Positions 22,401 to 32,244 of a stretch of 64,000 nucleotides of DNA are shown one piece after another. A program made the translations under genes and the position numbers. Where the stretch lies: assembly GCA_965217115.1 (NCBI GenBank), contig OZ244239.1, positions 1,120,001 through 1,184,000 on the forward strand, written 5' to 3'. The DNA comes from Bdellovibrionales bacterium (lineage in GTDB: Bacteria; Bdellovibrionota; Bdellovibrionia; Bdellovibrionales; CAYMLA01). A model generated the notes under the pieces. The model worked only from the letters and a program-made list of their open reading frames with translations, did not search any database and was not told the origin of the DNA. How positions within the stretch are numbered: the stretch's first letter is position 1; each line of letters starts with the position of its first letter.

Positions 22401-22881
22401 ACAGAAACATTATGTCCAAATCTGTCAACAAGAGGTGGCTGATAGCGGAGTCGAAGACTGGCGGCTGCAAGACGATAACTACACAGGCTCTGCATCAGAA
22501 GTGATGACTTCGGCTTCGTATTACGGGCAGAGCTATGAATGTATTTCTCCATGGCTGAAGTCTCTTCTTTATTTAAGAAGACATTTTCCTCAAAATAAAA
22601 AAGAACAGGTAAAGTGGTTAGCAAAGGTGCTTCCTCTCTTAGAAGAACACATTCCTTTGCCACAGTTATTAGCTTATATAGGAAAAGAAAATTATTTATT
22701 TTTTATTCAAATTAGTGGCTTTAGAACAGGGGATGAAGACGGTGACCTACAGTTCTTCTCTAACTCCATTGGCGATCCCAAAGGAGATTTTGAAACTGCT
22801 AATGGCCTTATCTCTCTCTACGCATCAAAAACAGGCGTTGTCCCCGGAGAACTTTACAAAACAAATGCGGATTTTCAATGA
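19447..22881 (+). CDS. Large secreted hypothetical protein (1144 aa)
   Basis: AAGGAG RBS before TTG, signal peptide; stop overlaps the next start (ATGA). Confidence 0.8.
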   Translation: MSLRTKTFFLFLLLPLCVGASGLSLPIGVVSKPATDLLSPSSSKGLNTNEIISLERDGFDISLLNPSDNKLWQNQSYSASNAHKYSYPQPGPASVTTVTFVAHESENKFTYMARVKKGSRYFRFSLSRYAHTTLLRANLLRKLGYFVPSPKFYSDITVKFSSVDQMEQFMKHAQEATSSDFVSRKWFKKIDKEGFQVTFSNALLEPTSANYFDIHWAFVPKPENPKHRGFIRQLSKNRAFRALIIPLVLADLPESINRFSPKIGSIYANNVLFNHPSSSSFFACNYSDAKWIVRKILRLSSQDWREIIQHSHLPKEINEIVYRKILYRVRNLSELFNLKKDFQNQHTSSLPRLKWDSPSGLILKGKVTQEFIDGYPQRFSHGDRESPFSSDDIFRYISIEAASSGLGEILNKVNKNLSIVSHQDLAQKRQKVIQQRIHDHIQKNPLTSLFQKVESWGGVVAGGSVDASRHVATGTYYDSHAAIQLVDHLTVNTNIGYFRGLDGYAKVFPSAGGNLQLQRSYTHVRPINTLEEGKKVPWENVFIPGFLNNLIKDLDKPSTDATSQENSLNSFLNQLKDGEVFTISDSVALTGYLQVASSIDVLLGMKPFRYTNAISLGTDASLVVLKQTHFLKTKDGLQIFIRSINNKAAGISFDANYFINLIRLRASTTRSKTAIDAYIIPYSTEISSLIEDKTKKQELTNKQEHLQIALSALFKENDHELLQKYFSDKKFKINHELFTKKTSSKFFLEHRRSFYEEHDLHLKYPENKDYPHLKAEDEKVHIFSSRQGKLVGYDILNLFADFFNQFIDKPGALSFAQSPNPANLAFGKAHWKTISVEADLSSSKDSYPSVGKIQKIWGGWKIDRPEFLELIQNASKDLLDSENNSYRLLEEEAFNDVNSVEFYRVTSNFSIFEDGLNKIRDLMLQIEYKDLDKNSSSQTQGFSLGSVVSNLFSKLSFSSEKYLASDKFFYEAILKMFAYGDVALGQKHYVQICQQEVADSGVEDWRLQDDNYTGSASEVMTSASYYGQSYECISPWLKSLLYLRRHFPQNKKEQVKWLAKVLPLLEEHIPLPQLLAYIGKENYLFFIQISGFRTGDEDGDLQFFSNSIGDPKGDFETANGLISLYASKTGVVPGELYKTNADFQ

Positions 22882-25800
22882 AACAAACTCTCATCGTCAT
22901 TTTCTTCATGGCAATCTCTTCTTTGGCTTTCTCTTCGCCGACAACGACTATTGATGTGACTGTTAGCCTGCGTGCAATCAAAGGAGATAACTCTCGCCTC
23001 TCTCTAGCTGAAATGAGCCGCCTTCTCAAGGAAAAAAGAATTATTAAACACAGACGACTTTTCACGCTTAAAGAAAGGGCAATTCTCAAAAACATCTCAC
23101 TGTCTTTTCTCGCACACAGTTATGTCGTCACCCTTAAGGCAAAAGACCTTTCAGCTTTAAGAAGACAATTTCCTCTCCTTGCCATTGACCCTAATGACTT
23201 AGAAATAAAAAAAACAGACTTTTCTGAACTTCAATGGCCTTTAAAAAACAACGGTATCCCGCAAACGATTGAACTAGATCACATCCACAATCGTCAAATT
23301 ACAGGTGTATCCAGTGAAGACATTGGAAAACCCAGTAAAAATATAAAACCTATTATAAATACAGACATTATCGTTGCCGTCCTAGACACTGGTCTTCAAA
23401 AAGATCACCCCGACTTAAAAGAACGACTTGTGCGTAAAGAGAGTGAATGCCAAGCCCTAGAAAAATTTAAGTCCTGCCTGAAGGCCCATGGAAGAAAGAA
23501 ATGCGAAGAAACTTGGTTTGATGTTAACCATCCCGAAGTAGATTTAGACGGCAATGGATATCCCCTTGATTGCAACGGATGGAGCTTGCTCGGAGGGCTC
23601 AACTCAGCAGGTATTATGGGACGTCCTGATTTTTCTGATGATCAGGGTCATGGAACCCATGTCTCTGGGATTATCGCCGCCGCTAAAAACAACAACACTG
23701 GTATTCAAGGTTGCTCTGAAAACCTACGCATCTTACCTGTGCAAGTTCTAGGAAAAAAACCCAATGAACCCATAAAGCCTCTCTCCGTAACTTCTGACTC
23801 TTCACATTTGATTTCTCCAAAAGAAGCTGTGCACAAGGGTTCTCGCAGAACGTTAGCCGATATTGTTGCAAGAGGTGTTATCTACGCCATAAGTTCTGGA
23901 GCAAATATTATTAATTTTTCTATGGGCTGGCCCCAATCTAGAGACTCTGAATTTATGCGAACGATTATCGCTGAAGCTCAGAAAAGAAATATCACCATTG
24001 TTGCTGCAGCAGGAAACGATTCAACAAAAGCTCTACTTCGCCCATGTAGTTACCCTGGAGTTATTTGTTCTGCCTCACATGGACCCGATGGAGCTATTTC
24101 CTCTTTCTCTAATTATGGCAGTGGTGTCGATATTGCTGCTCCAGGTTTAAATATTTTAAGCACATGGCCTGAAAACAAAAGACCTGTGAGGTTTCGAGCC
24201 ACCCACGGTTACGAATTTCTCCACGGAACATCTCAGGCTTCTCCTTATGTCGCCTGTGCTGTGGGAGAAATACTTTCCCGTGGCCATTCCCCCCGAGAAA
24301 CTTACGCCCGTTTGATCGCTGGTGCGAGGCCCCACGTAAAAGAATCTACTCTTCAAGAAAAAAACCCCCACCAACACATCAGCGAGACCAGGAAACATCT
24401 CCTAAAAGAAGAAAAATTTACCATGTCTGGCAATTTAGATATTCAACGGGCACTCCATGTAAAACCCCAGCCTGTTATTCTTCCCTACACAAAAGAAAAA
24501 ATTCATATTTCTTGGCCTGAAACTCAAAAAAGCATCCAACTCAGTATGCAGTTTAAAAATTTCTGGCTTCGATCTGCCAAAACCAGTGTCAAAGTACAAA
24601 TTGTCTCTCCAACAAAAACATCTCTTAAATTAGGGCCATTACTTGGAAAGACCGAAAATTGGAAAGAAGAAGAGGTGAGAGCCTTTAAACTCACCCTCTT
24701 AACAACTCACGCCAACAGAGACTCTCTCTCCAGTGAAATCACACTTAAAGTTTCTATTAAACCACAGGGACATAAAAAAAGAGACTTTTACGTTCCCGTT
24801 ATTTTCACTACCCCCATAGATAAAAACTTTTTTAGAAAAGGCGTTGCTCATTTTAAAATTAAAAATCCACTGAAAACGAGACTCTCTATTCTTCCTATTG
24901 ATCAGAGACTGGATCGAAAACAACACTTCATAGACTACTTTTTTGCCGAATACAATGACCAGTGGACATATCACCTTGTCACTCAAGACGAAGACGGCTC
25001 TTATACAAGAAAAAACAACTACTCTCTCACTCCAAAGGGAGAGAACTTAGACGCCCTTCGAGAACAGTTTCTTATAAGGTTTGACTACAATATGGACGGT
25101 CACTCCGACTATGCCATTGGACTTTTCGATCCAACAGGAAAAACATCCTTTCATATCCTAAATTCTGAACTTCAATTGTTAGATAAATTTGAAATCAACA
25201 ACGATATCTCCCCCCTTTCCCACGAAATTCACTGGATGGCTCTTCGTGATCAGAATAACGGCCATCACAAGAAAGTCCCCGCATGGCTTGGCACAGGAAA
25301 AGAGCCTGCTAAAAAAATCACTCTTAAAGAACTCTGGGAAAACCCTCAAGGTTACGAACCCCTCGAAAGACGCCTTTATTATCTCAATGGAAAACATGAA
25401 CTTCAAGCCTTTCAAAAACACCAAGGGTTTAATGTTGCTGATATTCTTGAAAATAGTTTAGATCAAAAAATTGCGGGCCAACTTCTTCTGCTCTTTTCCA
25501 AAAACTTAGGTACAGAACAAAAATATTCTTTTATCAATGAATTTGCCATCGGTGTTTTTGAAAATGGTCAGATCACTTCTTTCTATCCTCTAAACCCATC
25601 AAGCAATAGCTTTTATAATGATATTGCCGGGTCCAGGGTTGGCCCCATCCATAATCTACATCAAGGAGACCCTTTTATCGGCAATTTCTGGTTTTCTAAT
25701 TCCAGATCAAACGAACAAAGTCTCTCGTGGTTTTTACCAAAAGATATGTCATTTTCAAGTGCAGATCTCTTCCCTCTGAGGGGCGTCGTCGACAACGTTC

Positions 25801-26249
25801 TATGGGTTAGATCTTTTTATCAAGGCCAACATAATGGAGTCAAAAAATCTGGGGCCTTCTCCTTAACAAATAGCGAAATTCAGTATCATGATCTAATAAC
25901 TAAGCAAACCGTCAAAAAGAGCATAGAACGTTACACCTTCTATCAAAGCATGCTCACAACCAATTTTTACTCTCCCATCACTCTTTCAAGTAAAAGCAAA
26001 AATGGCTTTCGACAGCCAGCCCTTTTCACTGCTGAAGGAACACTCTTCCATAAAGGTTTACGTTTCATCGTTCCAGAATACAGCAACAACGGTAACCTGA
26101 CTGGATTAAGGTTTCCTCTCAATCTAAGAATGGCTGCACAAAACGGCTGTCGCTCAATCGACACTCCCGTATGGTTGGGAGAAGACAAAGGTTATTATAT
26201 AGATTTTTATTGCCGAGATCGATTCATAAGAGTCCCTCTCGAGCTATAA
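22878..26249 (+). CDS. Secreted S8 (subtilisin-like) serine protease with long C-terminal extension
   Basis: Signal peptide; triad motifs VAVLDTG, GHGTHVSG, GTSQASP and oxyanion AAAGND; about 600 extra C-terminal residues. Confidence 0.9.
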   Translation: MKQTLIVIFFMAISSLAFSSPTTTIDVTVSLRAIKGDNSRLSLAEMSRLLKEKRIIKHRRLFTLKERAILKNISLSFLAHSYVVTLKAKDLSALRRQFPLLAIDPNDLEIKKTDFSELQWPLKNNGIPQTIELDHIHNRQITGVSSEDIGKPSKNIKPIINTDIIVAVLDTGLQKDHPDLKERLVRKESECQALEKFKSCLKAHGRKKCEETWFDVNHPEVDLDGNGYPLDCNGWSLLGGLNSAGIMGRPDFSDDQGHGTHVSGIIAAAKNNNTGIQGCSENLRILPVQVLGKKPNEPIKPLSVTSDSSHLISPKEAVHKGSRRTLADIVARGVIYAISSGANIINFSMGWPQSRDSEFMRTIIAEAQKRNITIVAAAGNDSTKALLRPCSYPGVICSASHGPDGAISSFSNYGSGVDIAAPGLNILSTWPENKRPVRFRATHGYEFLHGTSQASPYVACAVGEILSRGHSPRETYARLIAGARPHVKESTLQEKNPHQHISETRKHLLKEEKFTMSGNLDIQRALHVKPQPVILPYTKEKIHISWPETQKSIQLSMQFKNFWLRSAKTSVKVQIVSPTKTSLKLGPLLGKTENWKEEEVRAFKLTLLTTHANRDSLSSEITLKVSIKPQGHKKRDFYVPVIFTTPIDKNFFRKGVAHFKIKNPLKTRLSILPIDQRLDRKQHFIDYFFAEYNDQWTYHLVTQDEDGSYTRKNNYSLTPKGENLDALREQFLIRFDYNMDGHSDYAIGLFDPTGKTSFHILNSELQLLDKFEINNDISPLSHEIHWMALRDQNNGHHKKVPAWLGTGKEPAKKITLKELWENPQGYEPLERRLYYLNGKHELQAFQKHQGFNVADILENSLDQKIAGQLLLLFSKNLGTEQKYSFINEFAIGVFENGQITSFYPLNPSSNSFYNDIAGSRVGPIHNLHQGDPFIGNFWFSNSRSNEQSLSWFLPKDMSFSSADLFPLRGVVDNVLWVRSFYQGQHNGVKKSGAFSLTNSEIQYHDLITKQTVKKSIERYTFYQSMLTTNFYSPITLSSKSKNGFRQPALFTAEGTLFHKGLRFIVPEYSNNGNLTGLRFPLNLRMAAQNGCRSIDTPVWLGEDKGYYIDFYCRDRFIRVPLEL

Positions 26250-26290
26250 AATAAAACAAAAACTTTTAACCAAACAAAAGGAGAACAAAA

Positions 26291-27205
26291 ATGAGTTTAC
26301 AAAAAGCAAACAAACTAATCAAAAGTAGTGCCCTCGTGGGTATTACAACCCTAATCACTCTTATGAGTGGTTGTGGAGGCGGTGGTGGTAGCAGTGCCCC
26401 AACCCTCTATTACCCCTACGAAGACGTTTTTGGAAACGCCTGTAGTAAGCTTGAAGCTAGTCCTGGATGTACTTTTCTTCGCTCCACAGGAGAGAGAATC
26501 ACAGTTAGTGAAGACTCTTATTATAACGTTAACGGCAATGGTTCTGATGATATCGTCTACGTCATATTTGATGATTATGGAGTCGGCTCCGTGTACACAG
26601 ATGACAGCGGAAAAGTGGATTATACCCTAGACATCAGCCAATTTTCTGGTTGGATCAGCGGAAACACCATTGGTGTGGGAGTAACTGGGCTACACTGGGA
26701 AGATGTCTCTAGAGGAACCTACTGGTGGGGAAAGAATGGCGTTCTTTACAATGCCAACGATGGAGAAGCCAATTTTTCACGGGCTATTAACGACACAAGT
26801 GCCAGTGAAGCCGTTGACACCAACTTTTCTGCACTCAACAGTGAAGGTAATAAAGCTCTCGTTCAAGCTGGAACCGATAAGCTCGTCGACGAATACGGTC
26901 TCGGTGAAGAGAAAGCTTATGCCATCGCTTCAGCCCTCAATCGCTGGGGAGTTGCCGCTTCAGAAAGAGGATTCACAACAACCAAGGACATGAACACAAC
27001 CTTTAATGCTGTTTTCGGTGTCAATTTTGATGACGCCCTCGCTGCATTCAACGGTCTGCGCAATGGGGATCCCACTAAAATGCAAGCAATCACACTACGA
27101 TCTGCTTCAGCCAATGGACTTAAGCCTCATATGGCCAAAAAGTTTGTCAAAGGCGTGTACAAGAAAGCCCTGGCTAACTGGGGATACGAAGACATCAATT
27201 GGTAA
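26291..27205 (+). CDS. Lipoprotein of unknown function
   Basis: AAGGAG RBS; lipobox-like LMSGC followed by GGGGGSS linker. Confidence 0.8.
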   Translation: MSLQKANKLIKSSALVGITTLITLMSGCGGGGGSSAPTLYYPYEDVFGNACSKLEASPGCTFLRSTGERITVSEDSYYNVNGNGSDDIVYVIFDDYGVGSVYTDDSGKVDYTLDISQFSGWISGNTIGVGVTGLHWEDVSRGTYWWGKNGVLYNANDGEANFSRAINDTSASEAVDTNFSALNSEGNKALVQAGTDKLVDEYGLGEEKAYAIASALNRWGVAASERGFTTTKDMNTTFNAVFGVNFDDALAAFNGLRNGDPTKMQAITLRSASANGLKPHMAKKFVKGVYKKALANWGYEDINW

Positions 27206-27222
27206 AAATAGTTTTTTAAAAA

Positions 27223-27261
27223 TTAAAATCAAGGGAGATTTTTCTTCTCCCTTGATTTTAA
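27223..27261 (+). terminator. Inverted repeat/terminator closing the 3-gene operon
   Basis: TTAAAATCAAGGGAGA-N7-TCTCCCTTGATTTTAA perfect 16-bp stem. Confidence 0.75.
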
Positions 27262-27325
27262 CCTACATAGCCTATAAAATTCCTTTCATAGAAAACATCA
27301 ATCGAATCACTCTAAAGGAGAAAAT

Positions 27326-27751
27326 ATGGCGCAAGAAATAACTTTTAGCATTATAAAACCCAATGCAATCAAGAAGAACGTCATTGGAGACATCATCTCT
27401 TTATTTGAAAAAAATGATCTTAAAATCGCTTCTGCGAAACTGACTTCTCTGTCTCGATCTCAGTGTGAGACTTTTTATGAAGAACACAAAGAACGTCCCT
27501 TTTTCGACGAACTTGTCACTTTTATGACATCAGGTCCAGTTATGCTTATGGCCCTCTCTGGAGAAAATGCTATCACTAAGAACCGCGAAATCATGGGCGC
27601 CACAAACCCTGACGACGCCAACGAGGGAACTCTTCGCAAACTCTACGGCGATAGCGTTGGAGAAAATGCTGTCCACGGCAGCGACAGTCCTGCCAGTGCC
27701 GAAAGAGAACTTAATCTTTTCTTTGAAAAAAACGAATTCGTTAATAGATAA
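27326..27751 (+). CDS. ndk: Nucleoside-diphosphate kinase
   Basis: [33 protein letters not shown]. Confidence 0.98.
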   Translation: MAQEITFSIIKPNAIKKNVIGDIISLFEKNDLKIASAKLTSLSRSQCETFYEEHKERPFFDELVTFMTSGPVMLMALSGENAITKNREIMGATNPDDANEGTLRKLYGDSVGENAVHGSDSPASAERELNLFFEKNEFVNR

Positions 27752-27786
27752 TCTCAACATAATCGCTCAATAGGGCCTCATCTACA

Positions 27787-29004
27787 ATGGACAAAAATTC
27801 TACGTCGGTCGTAAAAAAACCGCCACTTTTATGCGGTAACATCATCCCTCTCTTTATCGATTCCCTTGCCACTGGAGGGTCTGGTGTTGGTCGCTATGAA
27901 GGTTTTGTTGTCTTTACGCCCTTTACCTGTCCTGGAGACGAAGCTTTAGTTCGTATTGTTTTAGTAAAAAAAAGCTTCGCCGAAGCTGAGCTTGTTAACC
28001 TTCAAAAACCAAGTCCCGAAAGGATTCAGCCTCCATGCTCTGTTTTTGGACAATGTGGTGGCTGCACTTGGCAACACGTCTCTTATTCAGAGCAGTTAAA
28101 ACAAAAAAAACTCATTCTAGAATCTACTTTTAGAAAAAAACCTCTCTTAAACGAGGTTGCCATAAGAGATGTCATTCCCAGCCCTCAAGAATTTGAGTAT
28201 CGCAATCGCATACAGCTTAAAATAGATCACAACGGTCGTTATGGCTTCTATCGCAGGAAGTCCCATGATATTATTGAAATTAAAAACTGTCCCATCTCTG
28301 ATCCTCTCTTATTTAAAGATTTAGAAAAAAAAATCTCCTCGATGCATCTTGTACCCTCACCCCTGTCCTCCTCAGACCAAGCTTCACATAGAGAAATTGA
28401 AGTTTATTCTTCTCAAAAAGAACAGGTAAAGTATAAAACAATTCAATCTCAATCTGATTCTCTAGAAGAAGGCTTCTCTCAAGTTAATCAACCCATCAAT
28501 CAAATTCTTATTCAAGATGTGTTAAAAACTTTAAAAAAAATCCCCTCTTCTAAAAAAACGATCTATGATCTTTACTGTGGCCATGGTAACTTTACCTTTC
28601 CAATAAAAAATGTCCTCAATCCCCAAAAGACCCTCGGTATTGAGCTAAATCCAACATCCATAGGAATAGCGACAGATCGTGTTCAAAAAGAGAGCCTCTC
28701 CCATATTCATTTTATCAACCAAGATGTAAAAAGGTTTTTAAAACACTGCACCTCTCTGGAAGGCCCTGTTCTTCTCGATCCTCCCCGAGTTGGCTGTGAT
28801 AAAGAGATTCTCTCCTCCCTAAGAAAGCTGAATCCTCCCGTCATTCTGTATATCAGTTGCAATCCACAGACTCTGGCTCGGGATCTTGAAATTTTAATGG
28901 GAAACAAACCTCTTTATCGAGTTCAAACCCTCCAACCCTACGATATGTTTCCTCAAACAGATCATGTAGAAACTTTAGCCCTTCTTATATCAGAAGCTAT
29001 TTGA
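27787..29004 (+). CDS. rlmD: 23S rRNA m5U methyltransferase, RlmD/TrmA family
   Basis: TRAM-like N-terminus, CSVFGQCGGC Fe-S motif, DLYCGHG, LDPPRVG, YISCNP, DMFPQTDHVE. Confidence 0.85.
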   Translation: MDKNSTSVVKKPPLLCGNIIPLFIDSLATGGSGVGRYEGFVVFTPFTCPGDEALVRIVLVKKSFAEAELVNLQKPSPERIQPPCSVFGQCGGCTWQHVSYSEQLKQKKLILESTFRKKPLLNEVAIRDVIPSPQEFEYRNRIQLKIDHNGRYGFYRRKSHDIIEIKNCPISDPLLFKDLEKKISSMHLVPSPLSSSDQASHREIEVYSSQKEQVKYKTIQSQSDSLEEGFSQVNQPINQILIQDVLKTLKKIPSSKKTIYDLYCGHGNFTFPIKNVLNPQKTLGIELNPTSIGIATDRVQKESLSHIHFINQDVKRFLKHCTSLEGPVLLDPPRVGCDKEILSSLRKLNPPVILYISCNPQTLARDLEILMGNKPLYRVQTLQPYDMFPQTDHVETLALLISEAI

Positions 29005-29044
29005 AAATTTGCCAGCTATTGCCATATCTGCTAGTCTGTGAATT

Positions 29045-29800
29045 ATGTTACGCAAGACGTCACTCGTTATTTTAATCTCCTGCTCTTTATTTTCTTGTAG
29101 CTCTACAGAGAAAAAAAAACGCCTTAGAGCTGCTGAGTTGCATTTACAATTAGGCATTTCTTATATTAATCAGCAAAATTACCCCACTGCCCTCAAAGAG
29201 CTCTTAAGATCAAAGAAACTCGATCCACACAACTCTGTCATTCAAAATAATCTGGGTCTTATCTATTTTCTTATGAAGCGATACTCCCTTTCAAGAAATC
29301 ATCTACAAAGGGCCGTTAATCTCTCCCCTAAATACACAGAAGCAAGAAATAACCTTGGACGAGTGCTTATTGAAATCAAGAAATACCCTCTCGCAAAAAA
29401 ACACTTACTCATTGCTCAAAAAGACCTCACCTATCCTTATCCTGAAAAAAATTGGATTAACTTAGGCTTATTAGAGTTTCAGCAAAAAAACTTCTACCAA
29501 GCAAAAAAATTATTTCTAAAATCTATTAAAGTTAAACGAAAAAGCTGTCTTGGACACTACATGTATGGGCGCAGTCTATACGAGCTAAAAAAATATCCTC
29601 TGTCTGCAATCTCTCTAGATAAGGCTATTAAAATTTGCAAGAGTGTGTCTTTTCCAGAACCTTATTATTATAGCGCATTAAGCTACTATAACAGTAACCT
29701 ACGTCTAAAAGCAAAAAATCGTTTTAAAGAACTTTTAAAGTATTTTCCAGAAAGTTCTTTCTCTAAATCAGCAAAGAAATTTGTGTTTACAGTTAATTAA
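29045..29800 (+). CDS. TPR lipoprotein, Tgl/PilF/PilW pilotin-like
   Basis: Lipobox LFSC, TPR repeats (NNLG, EARNNLG, DLTYPYPEKNWINLG); position just before rodZ. Confidence 0.75.
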   Translation: MLRKTSLVILISCSLFSCSSTEKKKRLRAAELHLQLGISYINQQNYPTALKELLRSKKLDPHNSVIQNNLGLIYFLMKRYSLSRNHLQRAVNLSPKYTEARNNLGRVLIEIKKYPLAKKHLLIAQKDLTYPYPEKNWINLGLLEFQQKNFYQAKKLFLKSIKVKRKSCLGHYMYGRSLYELKKYPLSAISLDKAIKICKSVSFPEPYYYSALSYYNSNLRLKAKNRFKELLKYFPESSFSKSAKKFVFTVN

Positions 29801-29808
29801 GGTATAAA

Positions 29809-30633
29809 ATGAAAAAAATAGGGTTTATTCTTAAAAAAGCACGAGAAGAACAAGGTATCTCTATTCATCAAGTTCACTTGGCTTTGAAAATTGGTTCTAA
29901 AACCATACAAGACATTGAAGAAGGAATTCTCAATGATTTACCGCAAAAGTCTTTTTTACGGGGATTTGTTCAATCCTATGCAAAATTTCTGCACTTAGAC
30001 ATTAAAGAAACCATGGATATCTACCAATCAGAAATGGGCTCCTCTCACCCTTTTCTTGTCATTAATTCCCCTGCCTACGAAGAGGAAAATCTTGATAAAG
30101 ATAGCGACGACCTTCACCTCACAAATTCAGAAAATAAAGAACTCAGTTGGTTGCTCTTAGGAGAATGGTCTCTGGCCGTAAAAACCATCACAATAACTGG
30201 TATCTTATTTGTCATCTTAGCTATATGGATTGTCCAAAAACAAATAAAAAAATATTCGAAAGATGGCCATGTCGATACAGTTAAAGTTCAAAAAATTCTT
30301 TCTGAACAGACCAAGAGTGAACCCTTCAGCATAATCTCTCCGAGTGCAACAACAGAAACCATTGCTCCTGTCAAAAAGATCTCTAAAAAAGTTCTCTCTG
30401 TACAACAAGAAATTATTCTTGAAGCCTTGGACAACCTAACTATTCGTTTCAGTATAGGAGGGCAAGCTAATAAAATTATTCATTTAAAGGCCGATCAATT
30501 CTATACAATCCGCAGTAAAAAAGAAATCCGTATTAACTTCTCTGACGGAGGTGTTGTTTTCGTCATGCATAATGGTAAAGACTTAGGGGTTCCTGGACAA
30601 CTTGGAAAATCTGCAACTAAGAAATATCGCTAG
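29809..30633 (+). CDS. rodZ: RodZ-like HTH membrane protein
   Basis: IGFILKKAREEQG..IEEG..LP..FLRGFVQSYAKFL HTH, single TM, C-terminal domain ending HNGKDLG. Confidence 0.8.
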   Translation: MKKIGFILKKAREEQGISIHQVHLALKIGSKTIQDIEEGILNDLPQKSFLRGFVQSYAKFLHLDIKETMDIYQSEMGSSHPFLVINSPAYEEENLDKDSDDLHLTNSENKELSWLLLGEWSLAVKTITITGILFVILAIWIVQKQIKKYSKDGHVDTVKVQKILSEQTKSEPFSIISPSATTETIAPVKKISKKVLSVQQEIILEALDNLTIRFSIGGQANKIIHLKADQFYTIRSKKEIRINFSDGGVVFVMHNGKDLGVPGQLGKSATKKYR

Positions 30634-30651
30634 TTTAACGCGAGAGATCTC

Positions 30652-31869
30652 ATGAAAGCTATTATAACTCTTATTATTTTTGTCTCTATTTATGCTGGCT
30701 ACGGAGTCTACGTCAGTCATTTTTCTTTAAGTATCATGCCGACAGGATTACAGCCTTCCCATCCTCCTCAATTCTATGATTATAAAGGAATCACAAATGT
30801 TCACTCAAAACACAGCAATGGCAGTGGATCCTACCTTGAAATTATCTCTGCAGCTACAAAGGAAAACTTTGATTTTCTATTCTTTACAGATATAAACTCA
30901 TTCAAATCTAGAAATAAAATAACAGGCTATCAAAACCGTCTTCTTGTTTTTACAGGTGGTGAATATAGTTATTTAAATTCCCACCTTTTACAATATAAAG
31001 CACACAGTAATTTAAACCATAAAAGTCGATCAGAAGCTCAACTCTACTTTACAGATTTCTTATCCCAAAAGCGTTCGTCACACACGAAAACCTTTGTTGC
31101 TCTCGCCCACCCACTTAAAAAGGGTTATCAGTGGCTTGGAGATTACCCCACTTCTCTTGAGGGAATCGAAGTCATTAATCTTGACAGTGTTTGGGAAGCC
31201 TCTCTCTCAAAATCAAAAACATCCTTTATCTTTAGTCTTTTTACTTATTTTTTTAATCCAAGACACTCTCTTATTAGACTTTACTCTGAGCCTAAAAAAG
31301 AGCTTTCTCTCTGGGATCAGCTTAATCAAAAACAAAAAACAGTGGGGCTTGCAGGGCACAACACAACATCAAAGGCAACTCTCTGGGAAGGTTTCAGAAT
31401 CCCTTTTCCTTCTTATCAAAGTTCTTTTTCTTTTATTTCTAATCACGTTATTTTAAGATCAGAGTTAACTGGGCTTGTTGAAAAAGATCAAAAGAAAATT
31501 TTTCATGCCCTAAAAAAAGGAAATCTTTACTTTAGTTTAGATTTTTTAGAAAACCCAAAAGGTTTCATTACCTATGCCGTTCAAAATGGCCAAAAATATC
31601 TTATGGGAAGCAGCTTGAACAGCTCCTCTAGAAAAAAAATCAAAATTTTCGCTCATCTCCCTCAAAAACCCAATGTTCCCTTTGAGGTTGTTCTTTTTAA
31701 AAATGGACAACGCTACAAATCTCTCAAAAAACAACACGCCTCTTTCTCTATAACTCAACCAGGGGTTTATCGAATCACTGTGCGAGTCATACCTACATTT
31801 CCCCTGCCAGATAGCAGGCGTTGGATCACTTGGATTTATTCCAACCCCTTCTATATTAAGGAATCATAA
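30652..31869 (+). CDS. Membrane-anchored PHP-domain (metallohydrolase-like) protein
   Basis: YKGITNVHSKHSNGSG, FLFFTD, GGEYS, LAHP, GIEVIN; several metal ligands appear degenerate. Confidence 0.65.
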   Translation: MKAIITLIIFVSIYAGYGVYVSHFSLSIMPTGLQPSHPPQFYDYKGITNVHSKHSNGSGSYLEIISAATKENFDFLFFTDINSFKSRNKITGYQNRLLVFTGGEYSYLNSHLLQYKAHSNLNHKSRSEAQLYFTDFLSQKRSSHTKTFVALAHPLKKGYQWLGDYPTSLEGIEVINLDSVWEASLSKSKTSFIFSLFTYFFNPRHSLIRLYSEPKKELSLWDQLNQKQKTVGLAGHNTTSKATLWEGFRIPFPSYQSSFSFISNHVILRSELTGLVEKDQKKIFHALKKGNLYFSLDFLENPKGFITYAVQNGQKYLMGSSLNSSSRKKIKIFAHLPQKPNVPFEVVLFKNGQRYKSLKKQHASFSITQPGVYRITVRVIPTFPLPDSRRWITWIYSNPFYIKES

Positions 31870-32149
31870 TCTCCATGCTTCCCTCAACTTCCAGCTGACA
31901 AGCTAGGCGCTCCTTCTCTTCAAAGCCCCTATCAACCGCCATCTCTCTCTCAACATCAGTTCGCTCAGACAGAACAGTTGAGCTTTTTTCGACAATAACT
32001 CGACAGGTTCCACAAGATCCCATTCCCCCACAGCTTTGATTTATAGCTTTCTTTTCTCCATTAAGCCCCTCAAGAAGAGTTCCTTCTTTCAAAAAAACAG
32101 TTTCATCAGTTTTTATAATTTTTACTTTAAATTTTTTATTTTTATCCAT
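31856..32149 (-). CDS. 2Fe-2S ferredoxin
   Basis: CGGMGSCGTC ... RLACQ motif. Confidence 0.92.
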   Translation of the reverse strand: MDKNKKFKVKIIKTDETVFLKEGTLLEGLNGEKKAINQSCGGMGSCGTCRVIVEKSSTVLSERTDVEREMAVDRGFEEKERLACQLEVEGSMEIMIP

Positions 32150-32244
32150 GATTCATAGAATTATTCCATACAAACTGCGATTTTTAAGTCTCCATATCAT
32201 CTTCTCCCTTGAAATATCGACATAAGTCCTGGTATCGTAGGCCC

